Of a stretch of 32,000 nucleotides of DNA, positions 1-8,193 are shown piece after piece. The translations under genes were made by a program, and so were the position numbers. Origin of the DNA: Haloquadratum walsbyi C23 (lineage in GTDB: Archaea > Halobacteriota > Halobacteria > Halobacteriales > Haloferacaceae); the NCBI RefSeq assembly GCF_000237865.1, contig NC_017459.1, positions 2,040,001 to 2,072,000 of the forward strand. Direction: 5' to 3'. The notes beneath the pieces were generated by a model, which saw only the letters and a list, made by a program, of their open reading frames with translations, was not told the origin of the DNA and did not search any database. Positions within the stretch are counted from its first letter, which is position 1; every line of letters begins with the position of its first letter.

Positions 1-961
1 CGAGTAAGCGTTCAGGCTGGATATTATTCACACTGAGAGTGGCATTGAGCATCGGTGGATTATATCCGCGTTCCTGTGCCGCAGCGATGATAGCATTCGT
101 ATCTTTTGGAAAACAACTTCCACCAAAGCCAACCCCGCTTCGTAGGAATTGTGCCCCAATCCGATCATCAAGTCCAATTGCATCTGCGACCTCATATGCG
201 TCAACACCGAATTCCTTGCACACGTTTCCAAGATCATTAATCAGACTGACTTTACTGGCAAGAAATGCGTTGTTTCCATACTTAATCATCTCCGCTGCTG
301 CGACGTCGGTCTCGACAACTGGAATCTCATCATCCGCTCGCTCACGAAGCGGGTCATATAATTTATACAATAATTCAGTTGCGCGCTCATCAGCCGTTCC
401 AAAAACGAGTTTGTCTGGATTAAGAAAGTCAGTGACGGCGCTTCCCTCCCGCTGAAACTCGGGATTTGAGCCGACAAGAAAGTCCTGTGTACGTGCAAGA
501 CCATCGCGAGCAATGGCAGGCGCAAGTTGCTCATCAGTCGTTGTTGGAATCACGGTTGATTTTGTGAGGATAAGATGGGGGTCTGGGTCCGGGTCTGTAT
601 CTGTATCTGTGTCTGTATCTGTTGAATTCTGATTCGCGAGTGCCTCACCAACTGACTCCGCGCCAGCTTTCATATACTGGAGGTCAATGCTTCCGTCATC
701 GCGAGACGGTGTTGGGAGTGCAAGCATCGTGACGTCGGTCTCAGGGATGATATCATACGTTGTTGTTGCACGTAATCGATCCCCACCGTGCTCGGCGACC
801 AGTTCATCCAGTCCTGGCTCATGAATCGGTGCCTCACCAGCCTCGATAGCAGCGACGATTGAGTCATCAATATCGATGGTGGTCACTGTATGCCCGAGAT
901 CGGCAAAGCAGGCAGCGACAGTTGTCCCAACATAACCACTCCCGACGATGCTGATATGCAT
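1..961 (-). CDS. ugd: UDP-glucose 6-dehydrogenase, first ~320 codons (3-prime end lies beyond window start)
   Basis: Absent from the ORF track because it has no stop in the window. Manual minus-strand translation from the ATG (complement of 959-961) gives MHISIVGSGYVGTTVAACFADLGHTVTTIDID... (GxGxxG Rossmann motif). It continues to ...EMIKYGNNAFLA... and ...GFGGSCFPKD... (catalytic-Cys motif of UDP-Glc/GDP-Man dehydrogenases). The frame stays open down to position 1. Confidence 0.85.
   Translation of the reverse strand, partial: MHISIVGSGYVGTTVAACFADLGHTVTTIDIDDSIVAAIEAGEAPIHEPGLDELVAEHGGDRLRATTTYDIIPETDVTMLALPTPSRDDGSIDLQYMKAGAESVGEALANQNSTDTDTDTDTDPDPDPHLILTKSTVIPTTTDEQLAPAIARDGLARTQDFLVGSNPEFQREGSAVTDFLNPDKLVFGTADERATELLYKLYDPLRERADDEIPVVETDVAAAEMIKYGNNAFLASKVSLINDLGNVCKEFGVDAYEVADAIGLDDRIGAQFLRSGVGFGGSCFPKDTNAIIAAAQERGYNPPMLNATLSVNNIQPERLL
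578..622 (-). repeat. In-frame hexanucleotide microsatellite (ACAGAY)5(CCNGAC)2CCC encoding (TD)5(PD)2P inside ugd
   Basis: Plus strand reads GGGGTCTGGGTCCGGGTCTGTATCTGTATCTGTGTCTGTATCTGT. In the ugd frame this gives ...ALANQNS-TDTDTDTDTDPDPDP-HLILTKSTV..., a loop insert just before the conserved TKSTV strand. Confidence 0.8.
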
Positions 962-1213
962 TATCGATGAAATGAATCCCATCCTGTTTGAGCGTATCGA
1001 CTTTGACGAGTCTGGGAATCGGGAGACTCTGAGAGGCGGGTGGTATGGAAATCGTCATCGCCGTGTACGTATCCTGAATGATGATTACCTGCTATTGATT
1101 TAGCGAATACAATCGCGTAAGTTAGTGGGTGCAAATCTGTCTCGGCATGTCGTCAGAGACTGCGACCACGTAACCGAATTGCAAATATAAGATGTGATTA
1201 TGTTCGGGGTGTC

Positions 1214-1224
1214 AAAAACAAAAA
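1214..1224 (-). terminator. Oligo-T tract (TTTTTGTTTTT on minus strand) 16-26 nt downstream of the aglB stop
   Basis: Plus strand AAAAACAAAAA at 1214-1224. Archaeal transcription commonly terminates at oligo-T runs. Position-based call only. Confidence 0.4.
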
Positions 1225-1239
1225 TTACTGTCGTAGTAT

Positions 1240-4200
1240 CTAACCTGCCCGTTTCATGCTCGGACTAGAAATAGGCGAGTCGAGTGACGACTGCGAGTCT
1301 GAGTCCGAATCTGAACTGGATCCGCCCTCATCACCTGCAGTTGAGTCCGAATCTGCATTTGAACTCGAATCAGTGGAATCACTGTCACTCTCTGTCGAAC
1401 CGCTCTCACTAGTCTCAGACGCGCCGTTATCCGTTGCTGCATCAGACTCAGAAGAGTCAGACTCGGAACTAGAACTGGAGCCGGATCCACCGATACTCAA
1501 TTCCTGTGCATTGCGATCAAGTTCGACATCAATTGCTCCTGATTCATCACCGTTGACGAGCCCTTCTGGCACAGAGACATTCGCTTGATAACTGACGACG
1601 TATCCAGATTCATTGAATGACGGTGCAGATGAGATTGTATAGCTGTCATTCGCGTGGACGCTAATATCGGTGTATCCATTATCGGGACCGTATTCGTCAT
1701 ACTCTGTTGTTGAGTATGGAACAGTCATACTGAACGTCCCTGTGTCCGTCGTCTGTGCCTGTTGTGTGTAGGTGAATGTTGAGTTCTTATTCGGAATAGT
1801 GAGTTCAACCTGTGCGGTCACTGTCGAGTTGGTAGGTGCATTGCTCCCCTCAATCGTCGCACCGGGAACACGTTCGAATGTCTTGACGTATGATGGCTGT
1901 GGCGGCACTGTCGTCCGTGGGTTGATACCGGCAGCTTGTGCACCTCGGTAAGTTGTTCGGAGGATTGACCGTGATGCTGATTGATTATTCACGTGGACAA
2001 GACGATACTGATCCAATGCCTCGACGCGGTGTGTTGGATATGCACCGAATCCACCGAGTTGCGAAGTGGTGTCATTCGCGACGAATGCCTCTGCCTCTCG
2101 CATACTATTGAACGTTCTCACGGTTGATTGATTTCCACGAGGGTTGGCAGCGACTGTGATATCTCCGCCATCGTTCGTCTGAACACGGCGGTTTTCCCAG
2201 TCAACGACAATTGGTGACGGTTGTCGGGCACTTCCATGATAGTAATACAACCGCGTCATTGTGCTGTTGTAGAACCGGTCTGTTCGGACGGATGTAGTTC
2301 CGCTGAATCGACCCTCTTGATTGAACTGATACACCGTCCGAAGGAAATCGTCCCGAGAGACGTTGGGCTCAGCATCATAGAAAACGGTTGGAGCACCAAA
2401 CTTCGATCCAGGCGTTGCCATCTGCCAATCAACCATTACATACCGTGTCTGGTTACCTTCGGTGCTCTGTTCATTGAGCACAGTGTGCGATTGTGTTTCA
2501 TTTGGTGAGAGGAGGAAGTTTGCTGCAGAAGTCGCTCCCTGTTGGAATGGATTTGCATTCGGAATTCGGTTACTTTGTGTCGTAATCCAGTGACCATAGT
2601 CCCACCACGACTGCACACCATAGGTTCCCGCTGGATACTCAAAGTCGTCTGTGAACTCGTATGTGCCATACAGTTTCATTTCGTCGGCATTGCCAGCACC
2701 ACCGAGGTTGCCCTCTTCAGGGGTATTGCCTTGCATCCACTCGAGTGAGTCGTCCCAGACTGTGACTGCACCGGGACCATTGTTTTGAGCGGCTTCCCAT
2801 GCAGGAGATGTCGTCGTATTTCCAAGGCTAATCGGGACAGCAAGCCCAGGACCCAGAATCAGTAAGATTGCAGCACCAACAGCGAGGACTTGATATCCAT
2901 CAATATCGTTCTTCAGCGATGTAAGCGAGCGCTTGAGGTCGAGATATCCGAGTAATTGACCGAACAGATACCCGTTGAATACAGCAACGACAATAGCAAG
3001 ATAGTAATTAAATCGGACTTGCGTGAATGCCATTCCTGTTATAAATGCTGCCCAGACAATGATGAAGAGCTTATCTGTATCGTATGAGGCGAGAAATGTT
3101 GCACCCCCAATGATTGCTGAGACGACCAGCAGAGCAGCAACTTGTTCGTCAAGACCGGTCACTGTCTCAAGTGCGTCTGGAATGAACCCTGCAAGGAACA
3201 ATAGTCCGATAATTGAAATACTAACGCCGAGATACGCGTAGGCTTGCTGTGTTCCCTTCTTAAATAGTGGCTTGGCGTGAATTATGAACGCGGCAGCAAG
3301 ACCGGTAAAGAACGTCAGTCCATACTCGACAGCAATGCGCCCGGGGATCGAAACACCAAATCGTCGAAGCGAACCCTGTGACACGAATGGCTGTGCCTCG
3401 CCAACCGTTCGTGCTGTCGCACTCGCAGAAAAGCCAACGATCCGTAGAAGATTTCGGGTAATAAGATCGACTAACCCGACCTGAAGCAGGGAAAGAACAG
3501 CTATCCCTACGGTCGCGAGTCCTGTGACAGCTACGGGGTACAGTGAGGTATCAATACTTTGTCGCTCCCACACACGAGCAAGCCATGACAGAGCAATAGC
3601 CGAACTGGCAACGCCAACCGCAGCGACAGGTTGGAGCAATGAGAGTGATGTTGTATCGAACGAAACCCGGTCAATTGCAATGAGAGACATAATAGCAACG
3701 ACGATCATGATTACGACCACTGCAAATGCGGTGGGTTCTGGGGTTTGCTCATTAACAACATCGCTCGAGATCTTTAGTATCGTAAAGACGCCGACAATAC
3801 CGACAAGGATAATTCCTGGCGGCCATGTCCAGAGATACAGTCCTGTGAGAACCCCCCCGATGAGACCCCATTTGAGAGACTCTTCAATCGAATTAATGTC
3901 ATGATTGTCAAACACCTCCTCATAAACGACTTCCCACACTGGCATTGTCGCTTCCGCCTTCTGGAAAGCAACCACGAGTCCGAAGACAGCAATAGCCAAC
4001 ATGAGTGGTTCAATCGCATTATGATCGGCGACTCCCACAAGAGTTCGATTGAGGAATGTACCAGAGAGTAACATCAACACAACAGCGCCGAATATTCCGG
4101 CAATGCGACCGGAAAGTGATTTGATAATAAAGAACACTGGAATAACCGCGAGCGCCCCAGCAACTGCCGGAGCAATCAATAGTGTTTCTCCAATCAGTGT

Positions 4201-4548
4201 CTGTGTTGGTGACCCGACTCCTAATATGAGAGCAACAGTCGCAATAATCTGGTCATAAAGCGTTCCAAATTGACCAACCCACTTACCGTATGGAAATCCT
4301 GTCCATGCATCAAATGGAATTGGAGAGGGCCAATGCTCTGTAATATACATAACCTCTCTGAAGTGATACCACGCATCGTTTCCAGAGAAGAACACCTCGC
4401 CGTCGCGAATAAAGTTTGAGTACGTCTGCATTCGGATGGCGAACATCGCGCCAACGATGAGGAGGAGTACAGGAAGATGATACCAGTCTGTGAGTATATC
4501 AAGGAGGGATTGGTCGCTTTTATTATCGGTCTTACTACGCGAACCCAT
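1240..4548 (-). CDS. aglB: Archaeal oligosaccharyltransferase AglB (STT3 family), 1102 aa
   Basis: ORF-track protein with a polytopic N-terminal membrane domain and an acidic-loop motif (FFSGNDAWYHFRE). It carries the diagnostic WWDYG motif (VQSWWDYGHWITT) followed by a large soluble C-terminal domain. Size is typical of haloarchaeal AglB apart from the extra tail. Confidence 0.93.
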   Translation of the reverse strand: MGSRSKTDNKSDQSLLDILTDWYHLPVLLLIVGAMFAIRMQTYSNFIRDGEVFFSGNDAWYHFREVMYITEHWPSPIPFDAWTGFPYGKWVGQFGTLYDQIIATVALILGVGSPTQTLIGETLLIAPAVAGALAVIPVFFIIKSLSGRIAGIFGAVVLMLLSGTFLNRTLVGVADHNAIEPLMLAIAVFGLVVAFQKAEATMPVWEVVYEEVFDNHDINSIEESLKWGLIGGVLTGLYLWTWPPGIILVGIVGVFTILKISSDVVNEQTPEPTAFAVVVIMIVVAIMSLIAIDRVSFDTTSLSLLQPVAAVGVASSAIALSWLARVWERQSIDTSLYPVAVTGLATVGIAVLSLLQVGLVDLITRNLLRIVGFSASATARTVGEAQPFVSQGSLRRFGVSIPGRIAVEYGLTFFTGLAAAFIIHAKPLFKKGTQQAYAYLGVSISIIGLLFLAGFIPDALETVTGLDEQVAALLVVSAIIGGATFLASYDTDKLFIIVWAAFITGMAFTQVRFNYYLAIVVAVFNGYLFGQLLGYLDLKRSLTSLKNDIDGYQVLAVGAAILLILGPGLAVPISLGNTTTSPAWEAAQNNGPGAVTVWDDSLEWMQGNTPEEGNLGGAGNADEMKLYGTYEFTDDFEYPAGTYGVQSWWDYGHWITTQSNRIPNANPFQQGATSAANFLLSPNETQSHTVLNEQSTEGNQTRYVMVDWQMATPGSKFGAPTVFYDAEPNVSRDDFLRTVYQFNQEGRFSGTTSVRTDRFYNSTMTRLYYYHGSARQPSPIVVDWENRRVQTNDGGDITVAANPRGNQSTVRTFNSMREAEAFVANDTTSQLGGFGAYPTHRVEALDQYRLVHVNNQSASRSILRTTYRGAQAAGINPRTTVPPQPSYVKTFERVPGATIEGSNAPTNSTVTAQVELTIPNKNSTFTYTQQAQTTDTGTFSMTVPYSTTEYDEYGPDNGYTDISVHANDSYTISSAPSFNESGYVVSYQANVSVPEGLVNGDESGAIDVELDRNAQELSIGGSGSSSSSESDSSESDAATDNGASETSESGSTESDSDSTDSSSNADSDSTAGDEGGSSSDSDSDSQSSLDSPISSPSMKRAG
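1243..1491 (-). other. Low-complexity Ser/Asp/Glu-rich C-terminal tail of AglB (last 83 aa)
   Basis: GGSGSSSSSESDSSESDAATDNGASETSESGSTESDSDSTDSSSNADSDSTAGDEGGSSSDSDSDSQSSLDSPISSPSMKRAG. The DNA is built from degenerate GAS-TCN/GAC-TCN units, which also creates long shadow ORFs (1254-1490 minus, 1256-1588 plus). Confidence 0.85.
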
Positions 4549-4940
4549 TATGAAATGAATGATTCGGAAAGCGTGAATAAGCCTTGTGAATTGAATTATT
4601 CATGCTCTGTTTGATATCATTATATATATCATATGCAGTATCATCCAATATTTCGTGTGGTACCCTGGTATCGACACCCGGTTTTATTCACACGTTACCG
4701 GGACATTAGAGTAGGAGTTGTATGTGATTATCGACTGAACTGATCGAGAGGCATGCTCGCTGCACATCTTGCCAAACCACGTTTATATGTTCTCGGGAGC
4801 GCAGTTGGAACAGGTTATGATGATCGTCCCGACATAGTCGCTGTCGATGATACTAATTTCCATTCGGTTAATCATATGTACCGCGACGTCCCAATATTTG
4901 GTTTTGGTAGTGTAGGTATCTGATTGATTTCAGCATTGAT

Positions 4941-4950
4941 TACATATAAA
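4941..4950 (+). promoter_or_regulatory. Candidate TATA box (TACATATAAA) for the nucleotidyltransferase gene
   Basis: AT-rich box about 40 nt upstream of the ATG at 4986, inside the 437-bp divergent aglB/nucleotidyltransferase intergenic region. It lies too close (about 15 nt) to serve the ATG at 4962. Confidence 0.3.
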
Positions 4951-4985
4951 GAATTATACAAATGCATACCAACGAGTGGAATACA

Positions 4986-5735
4986 ATGGATGCAGTTGTA
5001 TTAGCCGCCGGCGAGGGAACCCGGCTTCGACCGCTGACTGATGACAAGCCCAAAGGAATGGTCGAGGTCGATGACCAGCCGATTCTGACGCACTGTTTCG
5101 ACCAGCTCGTCGAGCTTGGAGCCGACGAACTCATTGTTGTTGTCGGCTATCTCAAGGAACGCATTATCGATCAATATGGCGATGAGTACGAGGGCGTGCC
5201 GATTACTTACACGCACCAGCGCGAGCAGAGGGGACTTGCTCACGCATTGCTCTCCGTCGAGGAGCACATCGACGACGATTTTATGTTGATGCTCGGCGAC
5301 AACATCTTTCAAGCGAACCTCAACGATGTCGTTCGTCGCCAGCGGGAGGATCGCGCCGATGCAGCGTTCCTCGTTGAGGAAGTGCCGTGGGGGGAGGCGA
5401 GTCGGTACGGCGTCTGTGATACCAACAAGTATGGCGAGATCACCGATGTCGTCGAGAAACCGGATGATCCACCATCGAATCTCGTAATGACCGGATTCTA
5501 TACATTTACGCCAGCAATTTTCCACGCCTGTCATCTCGTCCAGCCATCGAACCGTGGTGAGTACGAGATCAGCGAAGCCATCGATCTGTTGATCCAAAGC
5601 GGTCGGACAATCGACGCAATTGGGCTTGAGGGCTGGCGGATCGACGTCGGCTATCCAGAAGATCGAGATGAAGCTGAAGAGCGGCTACAGGAAACAGCGT
5701 TTGAGTCCGGTCAGTCGGCTTCTGCGGACGACTAA
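4986..5735 (+). CDS. Sugar-1-phosphate nucleotidyltransferase (glucose-1-phosphate uridylyl/thymidylyltransferase type, AglF-like)
   Basis: The N-terminus MDAVVLAAGEGTRLRPLTDDKPKGMV carries the G-x-G-T-R-x-x-P-x-T signature of this family. The ORF track starts at 4962 (MHTNEWNT-M...). I prefer the ATG at 4986 because of family N-termini and the TATA position. Confidence 0.85.
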   Translation: MDAVVLAAGEGTRLRPLTDDKPKGMVEVDDQPILTHCFDQLVELGADELIVVVGYLKERIIDQYGDEYEGVPITYTHQREQRGLAHALLSVEEHIDDDFMLMLGDNIFQANLNDVVRRQREDRADAAFLVEEVPWGEASRYGVCDTNKYGEITDVVEKPDDPPSNLVMTGFYTFTPAIFHACHLVQPSNRGEYEISEAIDLLIQSGRTIDAIGLEGWRIDVGYPEDRDEAEERLQETAFESGQSASADD

Positions 5736-6722
5736 TCATGAACTGACGACAAGCGGTTCGTACCACTCGCGGTTGTCTTCGTACCACTCAATAAATTCTC
5801 CTACTCCTTCGCGGATCTCACGGCTCGGCTCATAGCCAATTAATTCGGTGGCTTTCGAGATATCTGCGTGAGTGTGTTCGGCGTCGCCATCGCGAGCCTC
5901 GGTATACTCGATATTGAGTGTGGGATCGATCTCGTCGCGGACAACCTCGGCGAGCGTGGTGATGTCGATGTTGTCGGTTGAGCCAATGTTCATCGTTTCC
6001 CCGTCGGCACTATCGTCGGTCAGCAGGCTGTGATTGGCGTCAACGATATCGGCGATATATGTGAAGTCCCGTGTCTGTGTACCGTCACCGTAGATTTCTG
6101 GGGATTCGCCGCGCATACATCGGGAGACGAAGTTACTGATCGCCATGTTCGGCCGCATACGTGGGCCATAGACGGTGAAATAGCGGAGGGAGACTGCCGG
6201 GAGCCCGTAGACCTCGTTGTAGACCCGCATGTAGTGTTCGACGGCGAGTTTTGAGGCACCGTACGGCGAGACAGGCTCGTTCGGGTGGGCCTCATCATAT
6301 GGGAGGTACTCTGGCTTGCCGTAGACCGATGACGACGAGGCATTGACGACACGAGTGACATCGTGTTCGCGTGCGGCTTCGAGAATCGTCTGGGAACCGT
6401 TGATGTTGTACTCGGTAACCTTTGTCGGCTCCTCGACGCTCGCTCGAACGCCTGCTTGGGCAGCCTGATGGTAGATGACGTCGATGTCTTCGACGATGTC
6501 GTTGACGAGTTTCGTGTCTGTGGTTGAGCCCTCGATGAACTCGTAGCTACCATCGGTTTCGGTCGCTCGCTGCCGGGCAACGTCGATGTTGTGCTCTTTC
6601 AGTCCAAGATCGTAGAACGGTTCAAGAATATCGAGTGCGGTGACATCGTGACTCGCGTCGATGAAGAAGTCCGCAAGGTGACCACCAATGAAGCCTGCTC
6701 CGCCGGTGACGAGGATGTGCAT
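5736..6722 (-). CDS. NAD-dependent sugar epimerase/dehydratase (extended SDR), UDP-glucuronate 4-epimerase-like
   Basis: Carries MHILVTGGAGFIGGHL (GxxGxxG) and the YGASKLAVE catalytic YxxxK. The RYFTVYGPRMRPNMA block resembles the FTVYGPxGRPDMA block of UDP-GlcA 4-epimerases. Its stop codon directly abuts the stop of the convergent gene (5733-5735 / 5736-5738). Confidence 0.85.
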   Translation of the reverse strand: MHILVTGGAGFIGGHLADFFIDASHDVTALDILEPFYDLGLKEHNIDVARQRATETDGSYEFIEGSTTDTKLVNDIVEDIDVIYHQAAQAGVRASVEEPTKVTEYNINGSQTILEAAREHDVTRVVNASSSSVYGKPEYLPYDEAHPNEPVSPYGASKLAVEHYMRVYNEVYGLPAVSLRYFTVYGPRMRPNMAISNFVSRCMRGESPEIYGDGTQTRDFTYIADIVDANHSLLTDDSADGETMNIGSTDNIDITTLAEVVRDEIDPTLNIEYTEARDGDAEHTHADISKATELIGYEPSREIREGVGEFIEWYEDNREWYEPLVVSS

Positions 6723-8193
6723 AACGAAATATGTGAGAGGACACGGGAATAGGTGTTACCATCTTCCTTGGACTAGTTTTGAGAATGATCTAAGGATATG
6801 TTATTAGCTGTAAAAGTATTATATTCATACTTTTTACAGTACATGATAATGACAGACGAGGGTCCCAAGGAGACAGTTTCTGAATGAGCTGAGGAGATAA
6901 TACTACGAAAACGTGTGTATAATATATAGGATTATCTATATTTACGATGCAGCATCCGCTGATACAGTCGCAAAACTGCGTTGAAACACCTCGCTGAACT
7001 AAGTCGTGAGGAGTTTATGACCGAAACATCCCAGCCATATCAGCGGGCGATATTATACAAACGGTCACCAACATCACTCGTGGTTGAGGAAGCAGCCTGA
7101 ATCAACAACAGTGTATCAAAACTGGAACTGGTTGACCGCATCGCGGGAACAAAAGACGAGATTGAAAGATATCGTGAGTAAACCGGAGTGGATTTTCCAG
7201 AAAATGCCGTGTTATAGGACGAATCAGCTGACGAGGAGATCCTCTTTGAGTGGTATTGAACCTAACCTGCCGAAAGCTATTTTCCACCAACCTGCACATG
7301 CTAATAGATTGAAAATGTTGTTGAGCAACCGAATGGGGGGTGACAGAATCTTGAAACACAGGAGCTGTGCGCATACAGTGAATTTGAGGATGTCATCAGT
7401 CCGTAGAGTCTTGCGTTATATTTCTTGGATGTTGTGGGTTCAATCGAAGAAGCACAAATCGACGTGAGATAGAGTACAACAGACGATTACGATCACAGCA
7501 TCTATTCCACTGACACTACTAGAGTTGATTTCGTTGGAATCGTCGCCCACGCAAGTGTCTCGCTCCGCCTGTTGATTCCAATTTTCTCGCCGCCAAATGC
7601 TGTCACCGATCCAATCGACGTTGAACCGTCGTTCGATGAGAGACGCATCGATATTGTCGCTCAGACTGTCTATAAATTCTGACGAACAATGTATCAAAAA
7701 TGATCATTCGATGACTCGAGTGCAGTCGACAATCCATCATGACTTCATTTCTCCTGTCTCAATCTCTTGGCTGATTCACCAGTGCGTTTTTTATGAGATT
7801 CCACAGCTTGTCGATGGGTCGATCCAGCCCGTCGGTCAGGTGATATATGAACAGCTGCAGTTGCACATTCGCCAACACTGTGGCAGCACGCTCGCTCGTC
7901 TCCGATGACGATTACAAATATAGCGTATCGGGGGTAACGAACCTGAGCGTGCTGTGTTTGAGTTTACAGGAGCCCTCAGTGTTTTCATAGCTGTTGTCTT
8001 TGCAGTTGGATCCGCCTTCGATTGCGGCAGCAATGTTCGGCAAAGTAAGCGTCGCTATTGGCGTAGTCGTCAACAAACGTCTCGGCGACGCGGACCGAGA
8101 ATCCCGCCGAACGATTTGAATCAGTTCGTTTTCAAGATTACGAGTATACTTCACAATCGATATACACCCGGACAGGCAACTCTCGCTAGTCCG

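Noticed and set aside
39-455. 138-aa plus-strand ORF and neighbouring small ORFs (28-237, 149-361, 286-534, 670-870, 867-1058)
   Set aside because: They overlap the clearly recognisable minus-strand UDP-glucose dehydrogenase frame. They are S/R/A-rich and look like shadow ORFs.
5001-5597. 198-aa minus-strand ORF antisense to the nucleotidyltransferase, and likewise 6020-6580 and 6030-6254 within the epimerase
   Set aside because: They are antisense or alternate-frame shadows of genes with strong motifs and have no motifs of their own.
7954-8193. 80-codon N-terminal extension of the ABC exporter in the track. Similar extensions occur at 9988-10074 (GT4, TTG start), 27965-28060 (GT4) and 16824-16834 (start inside the IS-A end).
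   Set aside because: The extensions are Arg-rich or non-protein-like, overlap upstream genes or IS ends, and give atypical lengths. Internal ATGs give canonical family N-termini.
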